From contig CAWGFP010000011.1 in assembly GCA_963821905.1 (NCBI GenBank), positions 378,922-442,921 of the forward strand: a stretch of DNA of 64,000 nucleotides, in the 5' to 3' direction. Position 1 is the first letter of the stretch. Each line of letters begins with the position of its first letter. The notes beneath the pieces were generated by a model. It saw only the letters and a list, made by a program, of their open reading frames with translations, had not been told where the DNA came from and did no database searches. A program made the translations under genes and the position numbers. Shown here in pieces: positions 30,386-42,142 of the stretch. Source of the stretch: Thermoanaerobaculia bacterium (GTDB taxonomy: Bacteria > Acidobacteriota > Thermoanaerobaculia > Multivoradales > JAGPDF01).

Positions 30386-30736
30386 TTACGGCGTGGCAGG
30401 CGGCGCGGCGGCCACCGGTGCCGCCGGTGGCGTCACGGGTGGCGGATAGACGATCACCACATCGCCGGGCTTGACCAGTCCCAGCTGGTCGCGGGCGATG
30501 CGCTCGAGGGTCACCGGGTCGTCGCGCAACCGGGCGATCTTGCGCCGCAGGGCCTCCACCCGCTCCTCGGTCTCGCCGATGCGCGCGGCGAGCATCGATT
30601 CGCGCGTGCGCGATACCTCCAGGTCGCGGTAGCTCTTCCAGCCGGCGGCCGAGACCAGCAGCACGAAGAAGGCCGCCGCGCCCAGCAGGAGAGCGCGCGC
30701 CGGCTTGCGCCGCGAGGCCTCGTCGGAGGTCTTCAA
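30386..30736 (-). CDS. ftsB: Septum formation initiator (FtsB/DivIC family)
   Basis: 116-aa ORF with a single TM segment (LLLGAAAFFVLLVSAAG), a coiled coil and DPVTLERIARDQLGLVKPGDVVIV. It sits immediately downstream of eno, which is the classic eno-ftsB arrangement. Confidence 0.8.
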   Translation of the reverse strand: MKTSDEASRRKPARALLLGAAAFFVLLVSAAGWKSYRDLEVSRTRESMLAARIGETEERVEALRRKIARLRDDPVTLERIARDQLGLVKPGDVVIVYPPPVTPPAAPVAAAPPATP

Positions 30737-30737
30737 C

Positions 30738-32109
<1,372 letters not shown>

Positions 32110-32217
32110 CTAAAGAGTACCCGCAAGATGCCGTAAATTCAAGGGTTTCGGGCGATTTCACCCACCCTGCTCCGCGGTTCGAACTGCGCGGCGCTCCCCC
32201 TTGCTACACTCCGGCGC

Positions 32218-32868
32218 GTGGCGCCCGAAGCCCAACCGACGCCCGCATTCGTACCGCCGCCTGGCCCGCTGCGTCTCCACGTGGGCTGCGGCTCGGCACG
32301 CTTGGAGGGCTGGGTCAACATCGACTTGCAGGAGCTGCCGACGGTCGACGTGGTCGCCGACGTGACGCGCGGCCTGGGTTTTTCCGGCGCCGAGGTGGTC
32401 TTCGCCGAACACTTCCTCGAGCATCTGCCGATCGATGCGGCGCTCGAGTTCCTGCTCGAGGCGCATCGCGCGCTGCGGCCGTTCGGCTGTCTGCGGCTTT
32501 CGACTCCCAATCTGGATTGGGTGATGACCCACTGCTATCACCCCGGCGCCTCGAGCGAGCGCAAGCCTGCCGAGGCGCTGGTCATTAATCGCGGCTTCCA
32601 CGGCTGGGGCCATCGCTTCCTCTGGAATCGCGAGATCCTCGGTTTGGCGCTCGAGTCGGCCGGTTTCGAAAGCATCGCCTGGTGCCGTTGGGGCGAGAGC
32701 GACCGGCCCTTGCTGCGCGGCATCGAACGCCACGAAACCTATGGCGATACGCCCGACCTGCCCCACGTGCTGATCGTCGAAGCGCTGCGCGGTGAGCCGC
32801 GGCCCGAGGCGCTGGCGGCGTTTCGCGCCCTGATCGAACGCGAGCTGCTGTCGCAGCTGCGCGGCTGA
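32218..32868 (+). CDS. Class I SAM-dependent methyltransferase-like protein
   Basis: Intact 216-aa ORF with a GTG start. LRLHVGCGSARLEGWVNID (motif I-like) and FAEHFLEHLP...LRPFGCLRLSTPN. Confidence 0.7.
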   Translation: MAPEAQPTPAFVPPPGPLRLHVGCGSARLEGWVNIDLQELPTVDVVADVTRGLGFSGAEVVFAEHFLEHLPIDAALEFLLEAHRALRPFGCLRLSTPNLDWVMTHCYHPGASSERKPAEALVINRGFHGWGHRFLWNREILGLALESAGFESIAWCRWGESDRPLLRGIERHETYGDTPDLPHVLIVEALRGEPRPEALAAFRALIERELLSQLRG

Positions 32869-32890
32869 CCATAGTTTTTCGAGAGAAATC

Positions 32891-34251
32891 ATGAGCACGC
32901 CGGCGAATCCCTGGGCCGCGCTGCCCATCTGGAGCGCCCTGCCCTTCGTCGTGCTGCTCGCGGCGATCGCCACGCTGCCGCTGTTCGCACCGCATTTTTG
33001 GGAGTCGAACCGGCGGCGCGCGGCGGTCGTCCTGACGCTCACGGTGCCCTTCGTCGTCTGGCTGCTCACCAGGTTCGGCGAGGCAGGAGCGCACGAGCTG
33101 CGCACCACGCTGTTCGACTATCTGTCGTTCATGGCTCTGCTGGGTTCGCTGTTCGTCATCACCGGCGGCGTGCACGTGCGCGGCTCGCTGGCGGGCACGC
33201 CGCTCGCCAACACCGCGATGCTGGCCATCGGCGCCGTGCTCGCCAACTTCATCGGCACGACCGGCGCCTCGATGGTGCTGATCCGGCCGCTGCTGCGGGC
33301 CAACGCAGAGCGCAAGCACCGGGTGCACCATCGTCGTGTTCTTCATCTTCATGGTCTCCAACTGCGGCGGCCTGCTGACGCCGCTCGGCGACCCGCCGCT
33401 GTTCCTCGGCTTCCTCAAGGGCGTGCCCTTCGAGTGGACGCTGCGGCTGTGGCCGGAGTGGCTGCTGGTCAACGGCGTGCTGCTGGTGATCTTCCACATC
33501 GTCGACGAGTGGCACCTCGAGCGCGACGAGCGCGACGACGCCAACGGGTCGCTGCTCGAGGAGGTCCTGGAGCACCGAGCCGCTGCGGATCGAGGGCGGC
33601 ACAACCTGGTGTTCCTCGCCGGCGTCGTGCTGGTGATCATCGGCAAGGGACGCGGCCTGGGGCAACGGCGGCCGGCGAGTGGGCCTTCGGCGTCCAGGAG
33701 GGGCTGATGGCGGTGCTCGCCATCGTCGCGTACGTGTCCACCAGGCCGCGCGACTCGCGCAGACGAACCGCTTCAGCTTCGCGCCGATCGTCGAGGTGGC
33801 CGTGCTGTTCGCCGGCATCTTCGTCACGATGATCGCCGCCGCTCCTGCTGCTGAACGCGCACGGCGAGGAGCTCGGGCTCGCGCGAGCCCTGGCAGTTCT
33901 TCTGGGCGACCGGCGCGCTCTCGAGCTTCCTCGACAACGCGCCGACCTACCTGACGTTCGCCGCGGCGGCCTGCGGCCTGCTCGGGCGTCGCCGCTCGAG
34001 GGCGCCCGCTACCTCGCCGAGCTCCTCGACGCACGGGCCGCGAGGCGGCGCGATCCTCGCCGCGATCTCCTGCGGCGCGGTCTTCATGGGCGCCAACACC
34101 TACATCGGCAACGGCCCGAACTTCATGGTCAAGGCGATCGCCGAGGAGAACGGCGTCGCAGATGCCGAGCTTCTTCGGCTACATGGCCTACTCGTGCGCC
34201 ATCCTGCTGCCGCTGTTCGCACTGGTCACGTACCTCCTCTTCCGCCCCTAG
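32891..34251 (+). CDS. Ion-transporter-superfamily permease (NhaD/ArsB/citrate-transporter-like antiporter); at least 4 frame disruptions
   Basis: [38 protein letters not shown]...[15 protein letters not shown] (ORF 32891..33832). [36 protein letters not shown] (33336..33707). [25 protein letters not shown] (33679..33954). [20 protein letters not shown] (34086..). Own reading of the tail gives ...[23 protein letters not shown] with stop at 34249-34251. Confidence 0.75.
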
Positions 34252-34258
34252 GACGTCG

Positions 34259-34894
34259 GTGCGCCACGTCATCGTCACCCGTTTCTCGGTCCCCCGCCTC
34301 GAGGCGGCAAGCGCGCCACGTCACGCCGAGCCGGAGTGGCTCGACGAGCGGCTTGCCCTCTGGCGCGCCTGGTACGTGCCCAGCGTCGCGGGGCTCGGGG
34401 TGCCGGTCGTCCTTCTCTGTTCGAGCCGCAGCGCCGAACACGTGGCGGCCAGGATAGGCGACCTGCCTTGGGCCAGGGTCGAGGTGCAAGACGACTGGCG
34501 GGCGGGCTGGAACGGCGCTGCCGATGAGACGGTCACCCGGCTGGATTCGGACGACGCCGTCCGCAGCGACTGGCTCGAGGCGGTCGAGAACGCTCCCGCG
34601 TCGGCTGAGGTGATCTGCACCCGGGATTTCCTCCGCTTCGAACCGGCGTCGGGCCGGCTCCACTCCTACCGGCGGCGGGAACCGTCACCATTGGCGGCCT
34701 TCCGCGGCGGCCGCAACCCCTACGCCCAGGACCACAAACACCTCGTGCGGCAGCCGAACGTCCATTTCCTGCGCGGCGCCTACCTGCTACAAGTCGTGCA
34801 CGGCCGGAACCTGAGTAACCGGCCGCCCTCGTGGTGGCGTTTCGACCGCCGCGCCCCGCGCCGCCTATTGGCCAATTTCGGCCGAGTGGACTAA
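34259..34894 (+). CDS. Glycosyltransferase-like protein (resembles the putative rhamnosyltransferase family as I recall it)
   Basis: Intact 211-aa ORF with a GTG start 7 nt after the permease stop. N-terminal [13 protein letters not shown] and [10 protein letters not shown] (DxD-like). The family assignment is from memory and is weak. Confidence 0.55.
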   Translation: MRHVIVTRFSVPRLEAASAPRHAEPEWLDERLALWRAWYVPSVAGLGVPVVLLCSSRSAEHVAARIGDLPWARVEVQDDWRAGWNGAADETVTRLDSDDAVRSDWLEAVENAPASAEVICTRDFLRFEPASGRLHSYRRREPSPLAAFRGGRNPYAQDHKHLVRQPNVHFLRGAYLLQVVHGRNLSNRPPSWWRFDRRAPRRLLANFGRVD

Positions 34895-34941
34895 GGTCCA
34901 ACTATCCCGAGCGACGCCGCTGGTCGAGAATCGGGAAACGC

Positions 34942-35650
34942 ATGGCTTCGCAGCTCGAACCCCAACTGGGGGCCCCAGACTCCGTGCGGCCCCGCCGGGC
35001 CAGTCGCCTTGAGCTCCTGGCGTGGACGGTCGCGATTCTCTGCTTGGGAACGTGGGCCACGGCCTACGCCATGCGAACCGTCGGACGGCATCAAGACATG
35101 GCACGTTTCCGTGCCATGGTCGAATCGGGCTCCGGCAACCCCGCCGCAGGAACCCGACATGAGTCTCTGGGCACCCGAGCGCGTCGAGGCCTGGCGCGCA
35201 ACTCTCAGCACCCACACGCCTCCGCCCCTCGGCATCCTGCGCATCCCGAAGATCGGCCTCGAAGTGGCGATCCTGGACGGCGTCGATACCTGGACACTCA
35301 ATCGCGCCGTCGGCTACATCGGCGGCACGGCTCTGCCCGGCATGCCGGGAAACAGCGGCCTCGCCGGTCACCGCGACGGCTTCTTCCGCGGGCTCAAGGA
35401 CATCCAGCCCGGCGACACCCTCGAGATCGAGACCACCCAGGGCGCCGGGGTCTACCGCGTGGAGCGGACCTGGATCGTCGAGCCGTCGGAGGTCTCGGTG
35501 CTCGATCCGACGCCGACGCCGGCCGTGACCCTGGTCACCTGTTATCCCTTCTACTTCATCGGCCACGCGCCCCAGCGGTTCATCGTCCGCGCCGTGCTCG
35601 AGCCGCCCAGCCAGGCGGCTGAAACGACGCTAGGACCAAGGTCTCATTGA
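34942..35650 (+). CDS. Sortase (transpeptidase) with N-terminal membrane anchor; one frame disruption near 35.15 kb
   Basis: MASQLEPQLG...LELLAWTVAILCLGTWATAYA (frame of ORF 34831..35622). Then ...LGILRIPKIGLEVAILDG...LAGHRDGFFRGL...TLVTCYPFYFIGHAPQRFIVRAV (ORF 35009..35650). His, Cys (TLVTC) and Arg of the catalytic triad are present. Confidence 0.85.
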
Positions 35651-35703
35651 TGTTCAAGCTCCCTGCGGTCAGCGTACCAACTGGAGGAAGAAAGGAGGCG
35701 ACC

Positions 35704-36417
35704 ATGCGTCAGCCAACCCGCAACCTGGTCGTGTTCATGGCGGTATGCCTGCTGGTAATGACAGCAAGCGCATTCGCACAGACCACCACCACCACGGAGA
35801 CTAAGACCTTCGAGGTCATCTCGGTGGACGGCAGCAAACTGGTTCTCAAGGGCGTCGAGGGCACCAAGGAGTTCACCGTTCCGGCGGACTTCCGCTTCAC
35901 CGTCGACGGCAAGCAGGTAACCGTGGCGGAGCTCAGGCCCGGCATGAAGGGCAGCGCCGTCATCACCACCACGACGACCAGCAAGCCGGTCTACGTGACG
36001 GAGGTCAAGAACGGCGAGGTGCTCAAGGTCCACGGCGGCGGCGTGATCGTACGCACCGCCGACGGCATTCGCAGCTTCACGCAGGGTGATGTGGACAAGC
36101 GCAACGTGTCCATCGTGCGCGAGGGCAAGGCGGTCATGCTGTCGGACCTCCGGGTCGGCGATCGTCTGTCGGCCAACATCGTGACCGAAGGACCGCCGCA
36201 AGTCGTCAGCGAGCGCGATGTGCAGGCCAGCGCCTCGTCGCCGGCTGCGGTAGGTTCGGCTACCTCGACGACGACCTCGGCAAGCGCACCGGCTACAACG
36301 GCCGCGGCTTCCGAGGGTCTCCCGACCACTGCCAGCCCGATGCCGCTCGTCGGTCTGCTCGGCAGCGCCTCGCTCGCAATCGGCTGGGCCCTGGCGTACC
36401 GCCGTCGCAGGCAGTAA
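35704..36417 (+). CDS. Secreted Thr-rich protein with a C-terminal sortase sorting signal (LPTTAS + TM + RRRRQ)
   Basis: AAAGGAGG then ATG 35704. Signal peptide MRQPTRNLVVFMAVCLLVMTASAFAQ. Two beta-rich modules separated by Thr runs (TTTTTETK, TTTTTSK, STTTSASAPATTAAAS). C-terminus LPTTASPMPLVGLLGSASLAIGWALAYRRRRQ. Confidence 0.85.
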   Translation: MRQPTRNLVVFMAVCLLVMTASAFAQTTTTTETKTFEVISVDGSKLVLKGVEGTKEFTVPADFRFTVDGKQVTVAELRPGMKGSAVITTTTTSKPVYVTEVKNGEVLKVHGGGVIVRTADGIRSFTQGDVDKRNVSIVREGKAVMLSDLRVGDRLSANIVTEGPPQVVSERDVQASASSPAAVGSATSTTTSASAPATTAAASEGLPTTASPMPLVGLLGSASLAIGWALAYRRRRQ

Positions 36418-36432
36418 TCACCCCTCAGTGCC

Positions 36433-36468
36433 AAGGAGCCGCTCGCAAGGGCGGCTCCTTCTGTTTTT

Positions 36469-36469
<1 letters not shown>
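36433..36469 (+). terminator. Rho-independent terminator after the sortase-substrate gene
   Basis: 10-bp perfect stem aaggagccgc / gcggctcctt with an 8-nt loop, followed by ctgtttttt. It lies between convergent genes. Confidence 0.8.
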
Positions 36470-37311
<842 letters not shown>

Positions 37312-37315
<4 letters not shown>

Positions 37316-37671
37316 CTCCGTTCCTTTCGGGAGCCGATCGCAACCAGGCGCTCGGGCTCGACCGCCTGGTTGCGAGTGCAGCATTCGTCGTAGAGAAAGC
37401 CCAGCAGTTGGCCGAGGCTTTCGATGTCCGCGCGATAGCGCAAGAAGGTGCCTTCGCGGCTGACGCGCACCAGCCGCTCGTTCTTCAGCTTGTCGAGGTG
37501 ATGCGAGAGCGTCGAGGCCGGAATTTCGAGCTCGCTGCCGATCTCCCCCACCACCAGCCCGTCCGGATGCGCGGCGAGCAGCAGGCGCACGATACGCAGC
37601 CGCGCCTCCGTTCCCAAGGCGGAGAACATGTCGGCGAAGCGAATGACGTCGGCGGCGAGCGGGTTTGGCAT
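37312..37671 (-). CDS. arsR: ArsR/SmtB-family metalloregulator
   Basis: Intact 119-aa [56 protein letters not shown] winged-helix region. C-terminal YDECC. Its stop overlaps the arsM start by 4 nt. Confidence 0.9.
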
Positions 37672-37682
37672 CGGCTCTTTCC

Positions 37683-37716
37683 CTTCGGTAATACTATAAA
37701 CATAGAATTACCGAAG
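37683..37716. promoter_or_regulatory. Operator-like perfect inverted repeat in the arsR / lipoprotein divergent promoter region
   Basis: cttcggtaat-N14-attaccgaag, in the most AT-rich stretch I see in the window. On the arsR strand the spacer contains TATAGT (a -10-like hexamer). The repeat lies 12-45 nt upstream of the arsR ATG. Confidence 0.6.
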
Positions 37717-37774
37717 AAGTCAACCCCCGCGGGTGTACATTGGGCGCGCCGGGCGGTTCCGGCGGGAGGCGGCC

Positions 37775-38528
37775 ATGAAGGTAGTTGCGCGATCGATCGC
37801 GGTTCTTGCTCTCGTCCAGGCAGGCTGCGCCACCAGTCCGGAGCCTCCGCCGGCGGCGGCGCCATCGGCGGAAGCCGTCGCCGAGGCCGCAGAGGGCCCG
37901 GCGGCCGCGGCTGCGCCGGCCGAGGCGGTCTACATCTGCGAGGCGGGAGACACGGTCCGCGCGACCTACGGTCTCGAGGGCGCCAATGTCGTCCATGGCG
38001 GCAAGGCGTACGTCATGCAGCTGATGGAGAGCGCCTCCGGCTCGGCCTACACCGACGGCAAGCTGATCTGGCACACCAAGGGAGACGAGGGAATGCTGCG
38101 CGAAGTGGACGGCGATCGGGTTCTGGCGCGCGCCTGCCGCGCAGCGGACGGAGCGCCTGCCGCTGCGCCCGCGGCGTCGCTGCCGGCAGAGGTCGTCGAC
38201 GCCACCTGGCAGTGGGTCGGCATGACGACCCCGGTCGAGCAGATTACCGTCTCGTCTCCCGAGCGCTATACCCTCCGGTTCGAGAGCTCGGGCCGGATCA
38301 GCCTGCAGGCCGACTGCAACCGGGGCGGCAGCTCCTACACGGTGACCGCCGACCGGAAAATCAGCCTGGGAGCCCTGGCCTTGACCCGCATGATGTGTCC
38401 CCCGGGCTCGCAATCCGACCGCTTCATCCAGGAACTGGCACGGGTTTCCAGCTACTTCACGAAGGACGGAGGGCTGTTTCTAGCTGCCGGTCGACTCGGG
38501 CACACTCCGGTTCATCCGCCAGCCCTGA
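37775..38528 (+). CDS. Lipoprotein with MliC-like and META (HslJ-like) domains; one frame disruption near 38.48 kb
   Basis: GGGAGG then ATG 37775. Lipobox MKVVARSIAVLALVQAGC. AVYICEAGDTVRATY...GSAYTDGKLIWHTKGDE (MliC-like). WQWVGMT...LQADCNRGGSSYTV...LALTRMMCP (META). Shifting one base after KDGGLFL gives LPVDSGTLRFIRQP with stop at 38526-38528. Confidence 0.75.
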
Positions 38529-38590
38529 AACGAGCCGGGACCGCGGTTTGACAGCCCTTTTCGGCCCGTGACGATACTCCGCAGTCCTGA

Positions 38591-38667
<77 letters not shown>

Positions 38668-38677
38668 TGATTTCTCG

Positions 38678-38710
38678 AGGCCGCCGGGCAACCGGCGGCC
38701 TTTTCGTTTT
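38678..38710 (+). terminator. Rho-independent terminator after tRNA-fMet
   Basis: Stem aggccgccgg / ccggcggcct, loop gcaa, then ttttcgtttt. Confidence 0.85.
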
Positions 38711-38803
38711 GGGGTTCGCCCTCGCCGCCTGCCGTCAGATAGCGGGCGGCGTGCCCGGCCTAGGAGCTCCTCCCGCCAGGCGGCCGCCGTAGATAGCTCA
38801 TCC

Positions 38804-39535
38804 CTACTGGACGACATCACCGTTGGCGCGGAGCATGACGCCAGACGAGGTGAGCGCGCCGCGCACCGCGGTGAGAATGGCGAGCGCTCCGGGGGTGTCG
38901 CTGTGCACGCAGATGGTGTCCACGACGCCGTCCCGGGCCATGGCCACCGCCTGCGCGGCCGCCGCCGCGGGATCGGAGATCAGCGCGTCGGCGAACCGGC
39001 GCGCGCGCAGCGCGCCGTCCGGCTCGTAGCGGCGGTCCGCGAATGCCTCGGCGGCGGCGCGCAGCCCCTGCGCGCGCCACGTCGCGAGCGCGGCGACCCG
39101 GCGAGGCCGACCAGCACGAGGTTGCGATCGACGGCGGCGACTCCCGCGGCGATGGCGGCGGCGACGCGCGGATCGCGCCCCGCGCGGTTGTAGAGCGCGC
39201 CGTGCGGCTTGACGTGGACGAGCGCGACGCCTTCCTCGCGCCGCGACATCCGCGAGCGACTCGACCTGCGCGCGCAACCGACGCCTCGATCGTCCTCGGG
39301 CGCTCATCTCGAGCTCGCGCCGTCCGAAGTGCTCGCGGTCGGGATAGCTCGGGTGCGCGCCGAGGGCCACGCCTGCCGCCGCGCGCCGCGCACCGTGCGG
39401 CTCCATCGAGTCCTCGTCGCCGGCGTGGCCGCCGCAGGCGACGTTCGCCGACGTGACGAGCTCCAGGAGCGCCTCGTCGCGCGTCGACTCACCGGGATCC
39501 TCGCCGAGGTCGCAGTTGAGGTCGATCGTGTTCAC
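38804..39535 (-). CDS. pxpA: 5-oxoprolinase subunit A (LamB/YcsF family); about three frame disruptions
   Basis: GTG 39535: [15 protein letters not shown]...[16 protein letters not shown] (ORF 38804..39535). [11 protein letters not shown] (38980..39249). [18 protein letters not shown]...[14 protein letters not shown] (C-terminal part of 38804..39535). Confidence 0.85.
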   Translation of the reverse strand: MNTIDLNCDLGEDPGESTRDEALLELVTSANVACGGHAGDEDSMEPHGARRAAAGVALGAHPSYPDREHFGRRELEMSARGRSRRRLRAQVESLADVAARGRRRARPRQAARRALQPRGARSARRRRHRRGSRRRRSQPRAGRPRRVAALATWRAQGLRAAAEAFADRRYEPDGALRARRFADALISDPAAAAAQAVAMARDGVVDTICVHSDTPGALAILTAVRGALTSSGVMLRANGDVVQ

Positions 39536-40790
39536 TCAGCTCCTCGCCGCGCGTCTCGGGCAGGAGTGAACATCGCGACCGCCGAGGACGTAGAGCCCCG
39601 CGGTCGACGCGAGCGCGGCGCCGAGGCCGTAGCGATCGGCGAGCGCGCCGATCGCCATCGGCGCGAGCGCGCTCGCGGCGCGGCCGGCGTTGTAGCAGAG
39701 CCCCTGCGCGGTGCCGCGCAGCGACGAGGGGAAGATCTCCGCCAGCAGGGCGCCGAAGACGCTGAAGTAGCCGTGGCCGAAGAACCCGACCAGCGGGCCG
39801 AGCACGAACAGCAAGCCGGGGCTGTGCGCCGCGAGGCCATAGAGCGGGGACGATCGCCGCCGCGCCGAGCACGAACGCGAGGAACACCGGCCGCCGGCCG
39901 AACCGGTCCGCGCAGGATGCCGAAGAGCGATGTAGCCGAAGAACGCGCCGACCTGCAGCGGCACGATCCAGGCGGACGAACTTGCACCAGGCCGAGACCC
40001 GCGCCGCCCTTCTCGACCGGCGAGGCGAGAAGGTCGGGATCCAGGTGAACAGTCCCCAGTAGGCGAAGAGCAGCGCCGTGGCGAGCGCGTCGCGGATACC
40101 GTGCGCCTCGCGAGCGGCGGCCGGAAGAGGTCGGCGATTCCGCGCCGCTCGCCGGGGACGCGCTGCTGGCGCCGCCAGATCTCCGGCTCCTCCACGGAGC
40201 GGCGGATCCACAGGCGTGAGAAGCGCCGGCAGCGACGCCGATCGAGAAGAGGCCGCGCCAGCCGAGCGTCGCCAGCAAGAGCGCCGCCAGCAGCGCCGCG
40301 CAGCAAGTAGCCGATCGCCCAGCCCGACTGCATCAGGCCGATCGCCTTGCCGCGGTGCGCCGCCGGCCAGGTCTCGGCGACGAGCACCGAGCCGGCCGAC
40401 CACTCGCCGCCCAGTCCCGAGACCGACGAGGGCGCGCCAGAAGAGCGAGCTGCGGCGACGCTCTGCGAGGTGGCGGTGCCGGCGGTGGCCACGGAGTACA
40501 CCAGGATCGCGACCATCAGGGCGCGCGCGCGCCCGAAGCGGTCGGCGAGCACGCCGGCCGCGATGCCGCCGATGGCGGAGAAAACCAGCGTGACCGAAGC
40601 CAGGCCGCCGGCCTGGGCGGAAGTCGAGCCCGAACTCCTGCTTGATCGCGGTGAGCGCGAAGGCGTAGAGCATCACGTCCATCGCGTCGAGCATCCAGCC
40701 GGCGCCGGCCGCGAAGAGAGCGCGCCGGGCGGCGGGGTCGGCGCCACGCAGCCAGCCGAGCGTCGCGCGAGGGTTGGCCGGAGACGTCAT
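39489..40790 (-). CDS. MFS transporter; at least 4 frame disruptions, so the 3' end is uncertain
   Basis: [55 protein letters not shown] (ORF 39489..40790). ...[28 protein letters not shown]...[39 protein letters not shown] (39536..40552). Further pieces are in 39532..40278. Confidence 0.75.
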   Translation of the reverse strand: MTSPANPRATLGWLRGADPAARRALFAAGAGWMLDAMDVMLYAFALTAIKQEFGLDFRPGRRPGFGHAGFLRHRRHRGRRARRPLRARARPDGRDPGVLRGHRRHRHLAERRRSSLFWRALVGLGTGRRVVGRLGARRRDLAGGAPRQGDRPDAVGLGDRLLAARRCWRRSCWRRSAGAASSRSASLPALLTPVDPPLRGGAGDLAAPAARPRRAARNRRPLPAAAREAHGIRDALATALLFAYWGLFTWIPTFSPRRSRRAARVSAWCKFVRLDRAAAGRRVLRLHRSSASCADRFGRRPVFLAFVLGAAAIVPALWPRGAQPRLAVRARPAGRVLRPRLLQRLRRPAGGDLPLVAARHRAGALLQRRPRRERARADGDRRARRSLRPRRRARVDRGALRPRRSRCSLLPETRGEELSEHDRPQLRPRRGSR

Positions 40791-40821
40791 GCGAGTGCGG
40801 CCGGCGCTCGGCCGAGGAGGG

Positions 40822-42084
40822 CTATACCGCCGGAGTGTAGAAGTCGGGGCGGCGGCCGGATGAGACCGGCGGAGTCTCGTCGGTCAAGCCACGCGCGGCG
40901 CGATAGGTCTCGAGGCCTGCGGCGAGGGTCTCGACCGCGAGCTCGAGGTCATCTTTCTTCAGCACGTAAGCGATGCGCACTTCGTCGCGGCCCAAGCCCC
41001 GCGTGGCGTAGAAGCCGGGGGCCGGTGCGACCATGACGGTGTTGCCGCGGTGGGAGAAATCCGCCAGCAGGAAGCGCGCGAAATCCTCGCTGTCGAGAAT
41101 CGGCAGACGGGCCACGAAGTAGAACGCGCCCTCCGGCTTGCGCAGGAAGACGCCGGGGATCTTGGTCAGACCTTCGTAAAGCACATCCCGCCTGGCCTGG
41201 TACTCGGTGACCACCGCAGAGAAGTAGTCGGGACCGAGCTCGGAGGCGCCGGTCGCCACGAGCTGTGCAAGCCCGGGCGGAGAGAGACGGCCCTGCGCCA
41301 TGCGCAGCGCCGCCTGGTAGAACTCGGCGTTGCGGGTGACCAGCGAGCCGAGGCGGATGCCACAGGCGCTGTAACGCTTCGACAGGCTGTCGACCATCAC
41401 CACGTGGTCCTCGCCGCCGGCGAGGGCCAGGGCCGACACCGATTGGCGCCCGTCGTAAACGAACTCGCGATAGACCTCGTCGGAGATCAGGAACAGGCCG
41501 TGCTCGCGGCAGAACGCGAGCAGCATCTCGAGCTCTTCGCGCGAGTAGACGGTGCCGGTCGGATTGTTCGGATTGCAGACGATCACGGCGCGGGTGCGCG
41601 GCGTGCGGGCCCGCTCCCAGGCTTCGCGCGGTGGAAGGTGGAAGCCGTCCTCGCCCGAGCTGCGCAGCGCCACGATATGCACGCCGGCGAGAGTCGCGAA
41701 CGAGTTGTAGTTGGTGTAGTAGGGCTCGACGGTGAGCACTTCGTCGCCGTCGGAGGTGGCGGCGAACAGGGCGAAGAGGATCGCCTCGCTGCCGCCGGTG
41801 GTGGCGATGATCTCGTCGAGCTCGAGCCCGAGACCCATGCGGCCGTAGTAGGTGCGCAGCGACTCGAGGTACTCCGGCGTGCCGCCCGACGGGGTGTAGG
41901 CGAACACCCTTTCCGCACGCGCCAGCCGCTCGCGCATCACCGCCGGCGTCTCGAGGTCGGGCTGGCCGATGTTCAGGTGCAGGACACGCACGCCGCGGCG
42001 CCTGGCCTGATCGGCGACCGGCATGAGCCGGCGAATCGGCGACGCCGGCATGGCGCGCCCACGAGGCGAAACCGCTGGGTGCAT
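40822..42084 (-). CDS. Pyridoxal-phosphate-dependent class I/II aminotransferase (aspartate/aromatic-type)
   Basis: Intact 420-aa ORF. ASPIRRLMPVADQARRRGVRVLHLNIGQPDLETP, NPNNPTG and DSLSKRYSACGIRLG (PLP lysine motif). Confidence 0.9.
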   Translation of the reverse strand: MHPAVSPRGRAMPASPIRRLMPVADQARRRGVRVLHLNIGQPDLETPAVMRERLARAERVFAYTPSGGTPEYLESLRTYYGRMGLGLELDEIIATTGGSEAILFALFAATSDGDEVLTVEPYYTNYNSFATLAGVHIVALRSSGEDGFHLPPREAWERARTPRTRAVIVCNPNNPTGTVYSREELEMLLAFCREHGLFLISDEVYREFVYDGRQSVSALALAGGEDHVVMVDSLSKRYSACGIRLGSLVTRNAEFYQAALRMAQGRLSPPGLAQLVATGASELGPDYFSAVVTEYQARRDVLYEGLTKIPGVFLRKPEGAFYFVARLPILDSEDFARFLLADFSHRGNTVMVAPAPGFYATRGLGRDEVRIAYVLKKDDLELAVETLAAGLETYRAARGLTDETPPVSSGRRPDFYTPAV

Positions 42085-42099
42085 GCCCCGATCTTAGCC

Positions 42100-42142
42100 G
42101 GGGTCAGGTCTTGAAAAAACTGTCATTTCAAGACCTGACCCC
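42100..42142. repeat. Palindromic element, family B, copy 1
   Basis: Perfect 17-bp arms ggggtcaggtcttgaaa / tttcaagacctgacccc with 9-nt loop aaactgtca. The right arm encodes the last residues (WGQVLK) and the loop holds the stop of pxpC. Confidence 0.9.

Noticed and set aside
32891-34251. The NhaD/ArsB-superfamily permease as the missing arsenite efflux pump of the arsR-arsM locus.
   Set aside because: It lies on the opposite strand 2.2 kb away, inside a different tightly spaced operon closed by its own terminator. The motif pattern fits the NhaD/YbiR-like branch at least as well as ArsB.
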